Shown here: positions 21,129 through 31,518 of the stretch, piece by piece
Layout: every line of letters begins with the position of its first letter
Position numbering within the stretch: position 1 is the stretch's first letter
IMG/VR virus record: IMGVR_UViG_3300012956_000012
Span: 32,001 to 96,000 of that record
Reading direction: 5' to 3' (one strand)
Length of the DNA stretch: 64,000 nt
From: a virus
Lineage: Duplodnaviria; Caudoviricetes
The notes under the pieces: model-generated
Database searches by the model: none
What the model saw: only the letters and a program-made list of their open reading frames with translations
What the model was told of the DNA's origin: nothing
Made by a program: the position numbers and the translations under genes

Positions 21129-23236
21129 TAGATATAAAGTTTTCCGTTTTCAATTTTTCTTATAACTCCTTTGACAATTTCTCCGTCGTATTCGAATTCA
21201 ACCTCGTCTCCAATCTTCTTGCCGTTAAAAGTTCCACCATCTTGGAATTTCTTCTCATAAGCTCTTGTGCTGTAGATTGGAAAATATTCGTCAGCCCCTA
21301 ATTTAGGATCAACATACATTTGGAAAAATTCTTTGTTGAACTTTTCATCAACAAATACAGGCTTACCATTAATTAGGTATGGTGTTGGTCCTTGGTACCC
21401 TTCTGGTGTCTCCATTACTGTGTATTGGTCTTTCCCATAAGTACCTACTCCAGGTATAGTGATACTCTCCCCAACCATTCTTGGATACCCATGCCCTTTT
21501 ATAGGTCGTAGTTTATCTAAGCTTAAAGGTTCTCCCTTTTTATCAGTCATTGGATTTTGGATCAACAGCTGTAATGCTTGCTCGTTTATCTGTTCCTTTG
21601 TAAGAGGTTGTACTTGTTGAGTTCCACCATCTTGGAAGGATGCTGATACTCGTCCCCTTTGTTGTAACATCTTATTTTTTAGAGCTACTTGGTCTAGGTA
21701 TTGCATTAATTGTCTATCTTCTTGTCCCGGTGATCCATACTCTTCTATTGGTAATGGTCTACCAGTGTTGGCGTCTAAATACCTTCCAACTTTAGGTGTA
21801 GTTGGTTGTGGAGTTTGTGATTGACTAGTTGTTGCTGTCGGCTCATTGAATTCAAAGAAATACGCACTTGGTGATACACTTGATTGATACACAGCTTTTG
21901 GTAATAACCCATTGGGATTTGGTCCATACAAGTCTGGGTTTGAATTTTTATCTACAAGTTGCCTAGTGTTGTATGGAGAATTAAATCCTTTTAAATTTTC
22001 CTTGTAAGCTTTAAGTTGCTCTTCGTATTTTGCATTCGCAGTGCCACCATCTTGATAGGCTGGTGTTTCATCTACATAAGATGCTCCTGGAAAAGTATAG
22101 TTCTGTCCCGGCTGCATCATAATTGGATCACCTACATTAGGTGTAGCCATTACAGGAAAGTCTACACCTTCCATTGTAATGTTATTTGACGGTATCCTGT
22201 AGTCACCTTTCCCATCCCACATACCTCTAGAACTTATTACAGGCCCATCTTGACCTTGTTGGAATGTTCCTCCATATTGATGTGTTGGAATTTCTCCTGA
22301 GGAGTTGTCATTGGATGTTTGAGATACCGGATTATACTGGCGTTTTCTTTGTTGTTTATTGTAGTAATCATTTACATACTGATTTCTCTTTTGATACCCA
22401 ATTCCTGCTGCTACATTTCTTGCGATATCAAATAGAGCTGCTCCTCCTGCTGCTACCATGGTTGCTCCTCTACCTCTTGTACCTGGTTGTGATCCTATAG
22501 CGTTTCCTAGCATATAAAGTTCAGAACTCAAGTCACTACCTGCAAAGTTTATTGGAGGAAGGTTTCCCCAAATATTTCCTTGTTGGTTTTGTTGTCCACT
22601 TTGATCTAAAGTGTTACCGTCTTGTATGGAACCATCTTCTGTTCCGGCTGGTCCATTTGTTACTTGTAACTCTAGTTGGTTAGCTTGATCTCTAGAAATC
22701 TGTCCACTTTTGTACATAGCATCAATCTCTTCGTAGGAGTTAGGTAACCTTCCTAGAGATGATGTTACAGATAGCTCTTGCTGGTTTTGCTGCGTAGGCA
22801 ATCCTTGAGTAAAATCTTGAGGCTGTTGTGTAGATGGTCCCATAGGAATTTCTTGATTTACAAGAAACTCGCTGTTTGGGTCAATACTAGGTTGTTGAAA
22901 CTGTAGTTGAGGGTAGTTAGGTATGTAGTCCTGAAAATCTGGTTGTAATCCAGTAGGTTCCTTGAAAGCTAATGTTTGGCTTAATGGTTGTTGCTGACTA
23001 TAAGTTGGTACTCTGCCTCTACCTGTTGCTGCTGGATTTTGAATGTTAGAATTTCTAGGCACTCCAAAACCTTGATTTAGATACTCTCCCAAAGGTCGTA
23101 AAGCATCATTTACTCGTTTCTTCTCTTGGGATTCTTTATATACAGCTCTTTGTAAAACTTCTTTAGTACCTATTTGTCCAGTTACAGTATCTCTGTATAA
23201 AGTTCCCATTACTTGAACTATTCTAGGATCTGGCAT
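21128..23236 (-). CDS. Cargo/internal virion protein with repeated [FY]QDGG motifs, 702 aa
   Basis: Q/P-rich low-complexity sequence with HQYGG, YQDGG and two FQDGG motifs, plus an IPSNNITMEGV module. Confidence 0.7.
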   Translation of the reverse strand: MPDPRIVQVMGTLYRDTVTGQIGTKEVLQRAVYKESQEKKRVNDALRPLGEYLNQGFGVPRNSNIQNPAATGRGRVPTYSQQQPLSQTLAFKEPTGLQPDFQDYIPNYPQLQFQQPSIDPNSEFLVNQEIPMGPSTQQPQDFTQGLPTQQNQQELSVTSSLGRLPNSYEEIDAMYKSGQISRDQANQLELQVTNGPAGTEDGSIQDGNTLDQSGQQNQQGNIWGNLPPINFAGSDLSSELYMLGNAIGSQPGTRGRGATMVAAGGAALFDIARNVAAGIGYQKRNQYVNDYYNKQQRKRQYNPVSQTSNDNSSGEIPTHQYGGTFQQGQDGPVISSRGMWDGKGDYRIPSNNITMEGVDFPVMATPNVGDPIMMQPGQNYTFPGASYVDETPAYQDGGTANAKYEEQLKAYKENLKGFNSPYNTRQLVDKNSNPDLYGPNPNGLLPKAVYQSSVSPSAYFFEFNEPTATTSQSQTPQPTTPKVGRYLDANTGRPLPIEEYGSPGQEDRQLMQYLDQVALKNKMLQQRGRVSASFQDGGTQQVQPLTKEQINEQALQLLIQNPMTDKKGEPLSLDKLRPIKGHGYPRMVGESITIPGVGTYGKDQYTVMETPEGYQGPTPYLINGKPVFVDEKFNKEFFQMYVDPKLGADEYFPIYSTRAYEKKFQDGGTFNGKKIGDEVEFEYDGEIVKGVIRKIENGKLYI

Positions 23237-23250
23237 ATCTTAAATTTTTG

Positions 23251-23280
23251 TAAAATTAGTGTTTTGTAATTTTTTGTAAA
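23251..23280 (-). promoter_or_regulatory. Candidate promoter (TAATTTTA -7 box, weak -33 box)
   Basis: TAAAATTA at 23251-23258, 14 nt from the ATG. Confidence 0.45.
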
Positions 23281-23304
23281 AATATCTACTACTACTGCTC
23301 AGAA

Positions 23305-24189
23305 TTATTGTTGACCAGTAGTGAAAAGACTATCAAGTTGTGGCAACTCATTTTGAACAGGTATCTCTGTCATGTATGAACTGTAAGCTTCTTCATCAGA
23401 CATTGTTTGAACATCCTCTTGAGGTTTAGCTACAACAGGTGTTGACATAGCTAGTGCATACTGTTCCAAGTATTGTTGCTTAGCTGTTTTTACTTCCTCT
23501 ATTTCAGACCTTGCTTGTGATGTTTCTCCTTTGCTTTCTTTGATAGCTTCTTTTTCTATATCGTATGTGAAGTTTGTGTATGTAGGGTTAAAATCTCCAG
23601 ACTCTATCGAAAATTTTGCTATGAAATCTTCGTTGGGATTTTCTACATCCTCAACAGTATCTTGACTTGGAGTGTAGTTTGACGGCTTAGCTGAAAAACT
23701 AGACCCCATCATACTTAAAACAGAACCAATTTTTTTATCGTAGTCAGGAGCTGTTGCATAGCCTTGACCTCTCCCTTTTTCCGGATTATACTGCCAGATG
23801 CTGTACAATGCTTCTGATACATTACTTGCATTTTGGTATTTTGATCCCCATTTTTTAACTCTGTCTTGTAATGCTGTATCTAAGTTGTTGTAAGACTTGA
23901 ACTTAGATTTTGTTGTGTAGTAAGAGTTGTTTGAAGCTTCCTTTGTAGTTGCTACATTACCAGCCTCATTTTTCCCAGCCTTTTGTCCAAAGTAGTTATA
24001 AGTTGCTGGCACATGTTTGAACCAGCCTGTTTCCAAGGCTGCTTGTGCTACGGTTAATTCTGGGAATTTATCTCCCGCTTTAGCTGCTGCTATATAGACA
24101 GATTTTGCAATGTTCCATTGAGTATCGGAAACCCCCTTCGGTTTAGAAAGGGGGATATCTGTTGTTGGTTGTAAATCTTTAGCTCTCAT
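23305..24189 (-). CDS. GH73 glucosaminidase/FlgJ-like peptidoglycan hydrolase, probably virion-associated
   Basis: AQAALETGW, YNYFGQKA and GYATAPDY motifs, with an acidic C-terminal tail. Confidence 0.85.
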   Translation of the reverse strand: MRAKDLQPTTDIPLSKPKGVSDTQWNIAKSVYIAAAKAGDKFPELTVAQAALETGWFKHVPATYNYFGQKAGKNEAGNVATTKEASNNSYYTTKSKFKSYNNLDTALQDRVKKWGSKYQNASNVSEALYSIWQYNPEKGRGQGYATAPDYDKKIGSVLSMMGSSFSAKPSNYTPSQDTVEDVENPNEDFIAKFSIESGDFNPTYTNFTYDIEKEAIKESKGETSQARSEIEEVKTAKQQYLEQYALAMSTPVVAKPQEDVQTMSDEEAYSSYMTEIPVQNELPQLDSLFTTGQQ

Positions 24190-27100
24190 TATTGATAAAA
24201 GTCTCTTGTATCTATTCCTAATCTGAATGCCATTCTGTACCTACTTTCCTTGTCTTGTACAAATCTTGTAAGGAAGTAATCACCACGTAATCTATCCTTA
24301 TAGTTGTTTCGGTAGTCTAGTAAGTCATTATCAAGTTCCTTTAACACTTGTGGACAGTCGTACTTCCATAAAGGTAGTCCAGATTTTTCTTTGCGAACAA
24401 TGTTGTAGAAGTAGTTGAAAGCGTATTTTCCATTCACTTCTGATTGCAAAACTTCTACACTGTCTATATTGTGTTTTGGGTACTGCATCATCTGATATGC
24501 ATTATTTTGTTCATGCGGTATCAAATCTATTCTTCCAGAGTTCTGATAATTGTTGTAAATATAAGCTTTATTAAATCCAATTCCAACAATGTCTGCAAAA
24601 TCATAACGATTATAGAACTTTTTAACTTCCATGAAGTATTCTATCGTATGTAATACAGAATCCGTTAAACTGCTTGGTTGAACAACTTCTAGAATCCATG
24701 GGTATCTTTTTCCGTAGAAAACTTGGTAAGAACTTATGAACGGGAAGTGGGACCAAAGTCCGAATTCTGTATCATCTTCTGAATAGTTTACTCCTGTTTG
24801 AAAGTAATCCGGGTACGATAAATAGTAACTTGGTTTGAAAGAGTAGTAAGAAATCCAACCTTCTTCTTGAGGATCGTACGCTACTGTGAAGGAACAGTCT
24901 GTAAAAAATTCAGCATCTGTTATTTCAACTTGATCTAAATCTATTCTTAACGTCTCATTTCCTTTTACAAACTGTAGCTTGCAATCTATTATTCCGGAGT
25001 AAGTATACCCATTTGATATGTACGCTGCTATCTGAGTTTCGTATCCAGTAGTTGAATAGAAGGCTCCGTTAGAATAACACACGTTTCCATTTGGCTTATA
25101 ATCCTTCTTAGTTAAGAACAATACTTTGTTTGTATTATCCCAGCCCATTGAGATACCGAACCATTTATACGGGTTGTCCACATTTATGTCAGGGAAGTAT
25201 TTTAGTATTTTGAACGGTAAGTGCTCCTTAAACCACTTTTCGAGTCCTGGTGTAATGTCTTTTAAGCTTGCAGCATTTGGTCCTAAATGAAAGATTTTAC
25301 CTCTTTTAGCATCTGCCCAGAAGTGTCCAAATTCACAGCTGATTTTTGCAGTGTGTTGTGATCCTGCATACCCTAGCTCTGTCTTGTTGAAGTTTATGTT
25401 TCTTCCTGTAAAAATAGCTCCAGTACCTAGTGCACTTTGCTCTGGTGCTACTCTATCTTTTAGTTGATCAATAGCTCCAAATACAGTAAATCCGTTTTCA
25501 AAGATTCCTAGAACTTGCTCCGACTCAATGCTGTCTAACAATGTTAACTTACCATAGTCACTTGGAAAGTTATAAAAATCTAATGGTTTGTACACCAACC
25601 AAGGATCTGTTAGATTTGACTCGGAGTTATCTTGTCTTGAGTAAATTACAGCGTTTTCTAAGTTGTTAAGTCCTTCCCACAAAGTTGTATCAAAGCTGTT
25701 AGGGAGTGTTGCATACGGATATTTTGAATGCCCGAACGAGTACACAAAATTGTAGAAATAAGTGTTTGGTTGTTTTATACTTATATTGGATTCCTGTGTG
25801 AACTCTATGATGTCAGATATGTTTGGGTAGAAGTTTTCAAATGCTTCTCGCTTTGCATACCTAAAGTTTACATTTATAGGGCTTTCGACTAAGAAGTATG
25901 GAATACCATAAGAGTACACATAAAACTTAGCTGGAGGTTTTACATAAAACCCAGAATCTGATCCTAAGTAGTCTAGATTATACTTTGACTTATTGTCTGG
26001 GAAAACAAAAGATGAAACATTAAATTCATCGTCATTGATTTCATAATCTAAGTAATACCTAGAATCTGTATACTCAGGATTTATGTTGAAATAATCTGAG
26101 TGCTTGTACGGAGTTAAAGGTGCTAATCCAAAAGCAGGTGTTGTAAAGAATGGTAACTTTCTTTTTAGAGCAAACCTTGAAATGAAAGTGTCCCCTCCAA
26201 AAATAGCGTTACATGTATTGTCTTCACTTAGCACTCCGCAGTAGTTTGTAAATACCCATTCAATAGAATTTATTGATCCGTATTGTTCTGGCAAATATTG
26301 TTTTAAAGCTACGTAAGGGGATGCGGCATGTCTTGTAAAAGCGGCACTTCTACCTACACCATCATAACGCATCCTGCTGGAATTTCCTCCTATATCGTAG
26401 TTGTAGTAAGACGCTGGATACTGTACGTTAAATCCTGTCCCACTTGTCAAGTACACTGAATCTTCTCTGTCAATGTTGTTGATGTTATAAGAAGCTCCCA
26501 ACACTTCATCCGATACAATCCAGTTACCAGCTTTTATATATTGTGATACTGTTAGTCCTCTGAGAGTGCTACCTGCTTCAGGGTTAGCTAAGAAGTTATT
26601 GTAGTGTCCTAAAGTTGCACTATAGTACGCAAAATTCTGTGGCTTACCAAGATCGCTGAATGTTTTTAACCATCTGTATCTATACTCTCCTACTTTAAAC
26701 AATCCTTGTGCGGTAATGACAATACCTGCCACTACTGCTATGATTATAGACGCAGCGGCTCCATACACAGTTCCAGCTGCAGTAGCGTTGATAGTGTAAT
26801 CAATTATCTGTAAGAATATTTCAAGACCTGCCTCTGTAGCTCCTAATGTGGTAGCTACATTGTATGCTTTCTTACCAAGAAGTACATAGGTAGGGTAATC
26901 CCAAACTTCGTCAAATATCGTCTGCGATTTTCCAAACTGATATCCTTCAATAGACATCTCTTTAGGTAACGTAGGTTTGTAAAAATGAGTGTCAGGTGAG
27001 TGGAAAGTGAATCGATTGTTTGAAGTACTTCCATAAGGATGTCCAACAACGTTTAATTCGTCAAGTCCTAATGAGTTTAGTGGGTAGTTTGGATACTGTA

Positions 27101-30100
27101 TTTGTTTCCCGTCTCCATCATCGTATTGATACATGTCAAACAAAAGCCCTTTTGCTAGTATAGACTTATCTACACTTCGATCGCCTCTGAATATTTCGTA
27201 CTTAGTAATTTTAAATCTCTCATCTACAGTTAACAGACCATTTGATACGGCAATGTCTAAGAATGCATTTATGATATCATTACTTAGAAAGAATCCGATA
27301 GGGTAAATAGTACTAGCTTTAAAGTCGCCTGGGTTATTCATACTCTCAGACATAAAAGGGATCACCTTATTATCTGGGAACTTGTAGTGTCTAATTGGCC
27401 TATCTTTAAAGTCTGCCTCTGCTGTTAAAACATAGTTTCCATTAGCATCTAAAACAGGTGCTGCACTTCCGCCTTGCACGTAATAATCTTCAAACTCATC
27501 TCTAAATTCTACTGGTACACTGTCTGGAGTTATCTTCAACCAAGATGAGTCGTATAAATCACTGTTGCATGGGTATTTCTGTAAAGATTCCCAATAACTA
27601 AATAGGCCATACTTATGAGGGACTGCAGAACAGTTTCCTAGATCAGGATAAGTGAATGTACATGTAGCGGTATATGTCTGCTTCTTTCCAAATTTTAAAT
27701 TTGTAAAATCAACCAGTGTGTTAAACAAACTTGGTTGGTAGTATAATGAAAAACACCCGCACGGTGGCTTCAATGTATATGAAGTGTCTGTTGATGCTAA
27801 AACTCTTGAATAAATACCAGAATCTATTGCTATGTATGCAGTTCCAGATGGAAAGTCAGTAGCAAGCAGTTCTACAAATTTTTGAGAATCATTTAGTGCA
27901 GCTACATTGGAAACTATCCGTCCATAAGCTGCGATATCAGAAGTAGCAGAACAGTCTGCAAAAGCAGATATTCTAACTGATGTTCCTGTGTTATCATCTG
28001 AGTTTACGCACAACACTGGGCTCATTTCCACTACAACTCTTTCATTACCATTGAAATCTACTTTATACCAAAGAGCGTTTGAATGCAACTTATTTGTATA
28101 ATTAGCACCAGTCATTGCTACTGTCAAAGAGGTCTGTAGTGTTGTGAATCCTCCAATCTCTCCCTTGTTTTGTAAAAAGTTGAAATTATCTATTTGAGGA
28201 TTTAGTATTAATTGAATGTCAGAAGCTACTGCACAACTTGTATTTGTTGGTACAACTGCACGTTCATAAACAATATCTCCAGGATTCATATAGTTGCTAA
28301 CAAAAGTTGCATCTACAACTGGGTTAAAAGTTTCATCCAACCTGAATGTATTACAAGAACTAGGTGCTTTGATCCTTTCGTACTCACTAAATACATACCA
28401 ATCTTTACTCTCTCCGATAGTTTCTGCCTCAATAGCAAACATTATCTCGGATGTTAACGCCGATGGCCCACAGTTGGTACCGAAAGTAGGTTCACAACTT
28501 TCTGTGTATTCTGATGGAACATCTATGACAGTCTGAATATCTACCCAAGCAGGATCCGTCGATGCTAGTATTTCAGCTTGATGTTCATTTACATACTGTA
28601 TAAATCCAATACCATCTGGTACTGTTACACTTCCAGATGCAACAGTGTCTAAAACAGTAATCACTCCGTCATTAGCTACCACACAAGATGATTCTACTTC
28701 TCTTTCCTCAGTTATTACAGTTATACCTGAGCCAGCTGGTATTTCACAATCTCCTTGTACAGAAGCTGTGTTTTCAAACTGCCATCTAAGAGTTCTATCA
28801 GATGACCCACATGCCGGTGAATTTGCATTTATAGAATCAACATTTAGATTATCTACTACTTCAATTTCTGATGCAAGTGGTGGTCTTGGTATAAAAGGAA
28901 ACAACGGTAGTTCATGCCCTCCTTGCATTTGAAACTTAATAGCCAGTGGTTCAACTTCATCTCGCATGTATGAAAGGAAGTTTGAGATATAAACTCCATT
29001 TTCATATAAGTTCTCTTTTGCTTGGTAGGTGCTCCACTTCACAGCCGATCCCATCAAGGAAACAACTGGTTGTAGGTTTATAGTCCTGACAGATTCTAAT
29101 CCATATTGAAATAAATATCCATTGGCAGATGTTAACCCCTTTGCTTTTGTATAAAAAGGTTTTCTACTGATGATAGACTGTACATCCGTCATCTGTTTGT
29201 CCACAAGGGAGTTTATAGTGATTGTTGTATTGTCGATAGGGTAGGTACCATATTTGTAATAGGTGACTGCAGAATCTAACCCGTTTCTGTATATCACATA
29301 TACTGTATAGTACTCGTAAGAATTATCCAATAGGGAGACTTCTACCTTAATAGCTTGATTTGTTTGGTAGTTTAAGTTAGTCTGATCAAGGATGTTATTA
29401 TTCTTATCGTGTACAGGTATAGGATTTGTAAGCGAATAGCAGTTGGAAATATTATCCCCAGCTGCATTGGAAAGCGCTACTGTTACCTCATACATACCTG
29501 CTCTTAAATTACCTCCGTTTTGGATTATAGTTGGATTAAGACATGGAATGTTATGCAATGGGAAGATACGAAGTTTATCACACTGCAAGCAAGTACTTGT
29601 CACACGATCATCACACTCATCAATAGTTTCATTGTAAATGTTTAAATGATCCAGCTGAACGTATCTCTGTGGGTTATTCCAGTCAGTGAAGTACATTACT
29701 GCACCTGTTCTTTCTTTTTTTATCTGAACATTTTTTTCAAATATCGGATAGTCAATTGAGAAGTTAAGGCACCCTGTACATGTATCTGTAAGCTCACAAT
29801 AATCTGTTAGTATTGTAAAATACTCACATATAGCCTCTTGAGGGAGATCCTCTAAAGGCGTCTCCAATATAACTGTTATGTTACAATTACAAGATTCTTC
29901 TACAGCTTGTAGATCAGTAATCCCGTTTAGGATGTTTATGTAACCAATCTCCGAACATCCTGTTGTAGGGTTAGTTAGGAAAAAATATGTTTTATAAGAA
30001 TTTAGGTCAAATTTATGACCTACTACTTTAAAGCCTGGTTTAAATCCAGTACACTTGACATTTGATGTTTGGTTAACCTTTGGTCCATCTTCGTGAGAAT

Positions 30101-30212
30101 CTCCTGATGCTGTATTTAAGGCGAATGTGTATTCGTCTTTGGTTAACTCAGATGCAGCCTTATCTCTCTGCATTCCTTTTCTTCCAGTAGATATGTCCTT
30201 TTTTAATGCCAC
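24189..30212 (-). CDS. Tail stabilisation/muzzle-like protein, 2007 aa
   Basis: YFTDWNNPQRY, SYMRDEV, FGGDTFISRF, GHFWADAKRG and WISYYSFKP motifs, as recalled for crAss-like tail proteins. Position follows the ring genes. Confidence 0.75.
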   Translation of the reverse strand: MALKKDISTGRKGMQRDKAASELTKDEYTFALNTASGDSHEDGPKVNQTSNVKCTGFKPGFKVVGHKFDLNSYKTYFFLTNPTTGCSEIGYINILNGITDLQAVEESCNCNITVILETPLEDLPQEAICEYFTILTDYCELTDTCTGCLNFSIDYPIFEKNVQIKKERTGAVMYFTDWNNPQRYVQLDHLNIYNETIDECDDRVTSTCLQCDKLRIFPLHNIPCLNPTIIQNGGNLRAGMYEVTVALSNAAGDNISNCYSLTNPIPVHDKNNNILDQTNLNYQTNQAIKVEVSLLDNSYEYYTVYVIYRNGLDSAVTYYKYGTYPIDNTTITINSLVDKQMTDVQSIISRKPFYTKAKGLTSANGYLFQYGLESVRTINLQPVVSLMGSAVKWSTYQAKENLYENGVYISNFLSYMRDEVEPLAIKFQMQGGHELPLFPFIPRPPLASEIEVVDNLNVDSINANSPACGSSDRTLRWQFENTASVQGDCEIPAGSGITVITEEREVESSCVVANDGVITVLDTVASGSVTVPDGIGFIQYVNEHQAEILASTDPAWVDIQTVIDVPSEYTESCEPTFGTNCGPSALTSEIMFAIEAETIGESKDWYVFSEYERIKAPSSCNTFRLDETFNPVVDATFVSNYMNPGDIVYERAVVPTNTSCAVASDIQLILNPQIDNFNFLQNKGEIGGFTTLQTSLTVAMTGANYTNKLHSNALWYKVDFNGNERVVVEMSPVLCVNSDDNTGTSVRISAFADCSATSDIAAYGRIVSNVAALNDSQKFVELLATDFPSGTAYIAIDSGIYSRVLASTDTSYTLKPPCGCFSLYYQPSLFNTLVDFTNLKFGKKQTYTATCTFTYPDLGNCSAVPHKYGLFSYWESLQKYPCNSDLYDSSWLKITPDSVPVEFRDEFEDYYVQGGSAAPVLDANGNYVLTAEADFKDRPIRHYKFPDNKVIPFMSESMNNPGDFKASTIYPIGFFLSNDIINAFLDIAVSNGLLTVDERFKITKYEIFRGDRSVDKSILAKGLLFDMYQYDDGDGKQIQYPNYPLNSLGLDELNVVGHPYGSTSNNRFTFHSPDTHFYKPTLPKEMSIEGYQFGKSQTIFDEVWDYPTYVLLGKKAYNVATTLGATEAGLEIFLQIIDYTINATAAGTVYGAAASIIIAVVAGIVITAQGLFKVGEYRYRWLKTFSDLGKPQNFAYYSATLGHYNNFLANPEAGSTLRGLTVSQYIKAGNWIVSDEVLGASYNINNIDREDSVYLTSGTGFNVQYPASYYNYDIGGNSSRMRYDGVGRSAAFTRHAASPYVALKQYLPEQYGSINSIEWVFTNYCGVLSEDNTCNAIFGGDTFISRFALKRKLPFFTTPAFGLAPLTPYKHSDYFNINPEYTDSRYYLDYEINDDEFNVSSFVFPDNKSKYNLDYLGSDSGFYVKPPAKFYVYSYGIPYFLVESPINVNFRYAKREAFENFYPNISDIIEFTQESNISIKQPNTYFYNFVYSFGHSKYPYATLPNSFDTTLWEGLNNLENAVIYSRQDNSESNLTDPWLVYKPLDFYNFPSDYGKLTLLDSIESEQVLGIFENGFTVFGAIDQLKDRVAPEQSALGTGAIFTGRNINFNKTELGYAGSQHTAKISCEFGHFWADAKRGKIFHLGPNAASLKDITPGLEKWFKEHLPFKILKYFPDINVDNPYKWFGISMGWDNTNKVLFLTKKDYKPNGNVCYSNGAFYSTTGYETQIAAYISNGYTYSGIIDCKLQFVKGNETLRIDLDQVEITDAEFFTDCSFTVAYDPQEEGWISYYSFKPSYYLSYPDYFQTGVNYSEDDTEFGLWSHFPFISSYQVFYGKRYPWILEVVQPSSLTDSVLHTIEYFMEVKKFYNRYDFADIVGIGFNKAYIYNNYQNSGRIDLIPHEQNNAYQMMQYPKHNIDSVEVLQSEVNGKYAFNYFYNIVRKEKSGLPLWKYDCPQVLKELDNDLLDYRNNYKDRLRGDYFLTRFVQDKESRYRMAFRLGIDTRDFYQ

Positions 30213-31060
30213 GGTACGATTATTTGATATTGTAAGCTTTCTAATCTATTTAGAGCTTTTACTTTATAAATGGAGCTAGGTGATAACATCTTCAACTCAT
30301 TTGAAGCATTGTCTCTAGCAGAAACCTCTTCTTGTTTGTAAACTGTGTATAAGGATGCTAATCCTGCCATAGCATCACTATTTGCAAGTAAATCTTCTGC
30401 ACACCTCCTTAATAGGTGGTACTCTAGATATGTTTCTAACTCTCCGTTGAATGTTTCTGGAATGTCTGGTTGACCATCCTCATCTGTAGGTAAGCCATAG
30501 TATTGAAGATAAATGTGGCCACTATTGAAGTTGGCTTGAATTTTACTGCCTATTATTGATATCTCATTAGGATTATCTTTTACGACTCTATTCCTACACC
30601 TTAGATGCATCTTAGATTTTTCAAAAGACCTCCCTAATTTAAGAAGTGTTGGGTTCTTGTATACGAATTGTGCTGACCCTCCATTAAAATACAGATTCTC
30701 TCTGATCACATTCTCTGTCTTACTTTGGCAGCAGGATTCACATTCATTCCAAGTTGAAGACTCTATGACTCTTTCTTTGTAAAAATAAGATGTTTGAAGT
30801 GCATCTATTTCCCCAGTATAGGTATAGGCATGTGGTTCACACAGTATAGCCATGTAGAGGCTAATAAAATTATCTGGTAGATATCCTATTCCGTCTACAA
30901 TTTCTACGGTGCCTTCTGTCATCGTTCCAATAGAGTTGCCAAATCTTTTTAAGGCTTTTAAAGCATCTCTCCTCATAGATATTTCATCTAGTAAACCTGC
31001 TTCATCATACTTTTTAAGTTTTGATTTTACCTCTAAAATCAACTCGTCTAATCTGCTCAT
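30203..31060 (-). CDS. Tail ring/tubular protein
   Basis: IQANFNSGHIYLQYYGLPTDEDGQPDIP motif, directly upstream of the muzzle gene. Confidence 0.65.
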   Translation of the reverse strand: MSRLDELILEVKSKLKKYDEAGLLDEISMRRDALKALKRFGNSIGTMTEGTVEIVDGIGYLPDNFISLYMAILCEPHAYTYTGEIDALQTSYFYKERVIESSTWNECESCCQSKTENVIRENLYFNGGSAQFVYKNPTLLKLGRSFEKSKMHLRCRNRVVKDNPNEISIIGSKIQANFNSGHIYLQYYGLPTDEDGQPDIPETFNGELETYLEYHLLRRCAEDLLANSDAMAGLASLYTVYKQEEVSARDNASNELKMLSPSSIYKVKALNRLESLQYQIIVPWH

Positions 31061-31518
31061 GATAAATATCTTTTGAAATCATAAAAGAATGTTTTATACT
31101 TCTTTCCTGATATTAATTTTTCAGATAAAGCCTTTTTCATAGGCTTTGTAAATTTCTTGTCCATTGTCCATAAGGATAACCAGGTATTTTTAACCGGCAT
31201 GAAGATAGGTGTGTACATCTTATTTCCAGTGTGATGGTTGTACTTTTTAACAGAACCATTTTTTGATGGCATTGTGTTTACAAGTGGTCTTGGTATCATC
31301 CATATAAAAAAGTATCCTAGTTTCTTCATGAACACTCCTCCAGGTCGATCGACAACTAGCTCTGATATTGCTTCACCTATTGCAGAAACTGCTTCACAAT
31401 ACCTATCTCTGTGTACAACTATATCTTTTCTCTCAACTTTTCTTTGACTGTAGTGTTCTCTATACTCTTTATATCCTTCTCTGCCTCCAGCGTTAAATAC
31501 ATTGTCTGCTAACCTCAT
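31057..31518 (-). CDS. Basic IHF/HU-like protein
   Basis: Helix followed by GGVFMKKLGYFFI and NHHT, located between ring genes as in crAss-like phages. Confidence 0.5.
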   Translation of the reverse strand: MRLADNVFNAGGREGYKEYREHYSQRKVERKDIVVHRDRYCEAVSAIGEAISELVVDRPGGVFMKKLGYFFIWMIPRPLVNTMPSKNGSVKKYNHHTGNKMYTPIFMPVKNTWLSLWTMDKKFTKPMKKALSEKLISGKKYKTFFYDFKRYLS

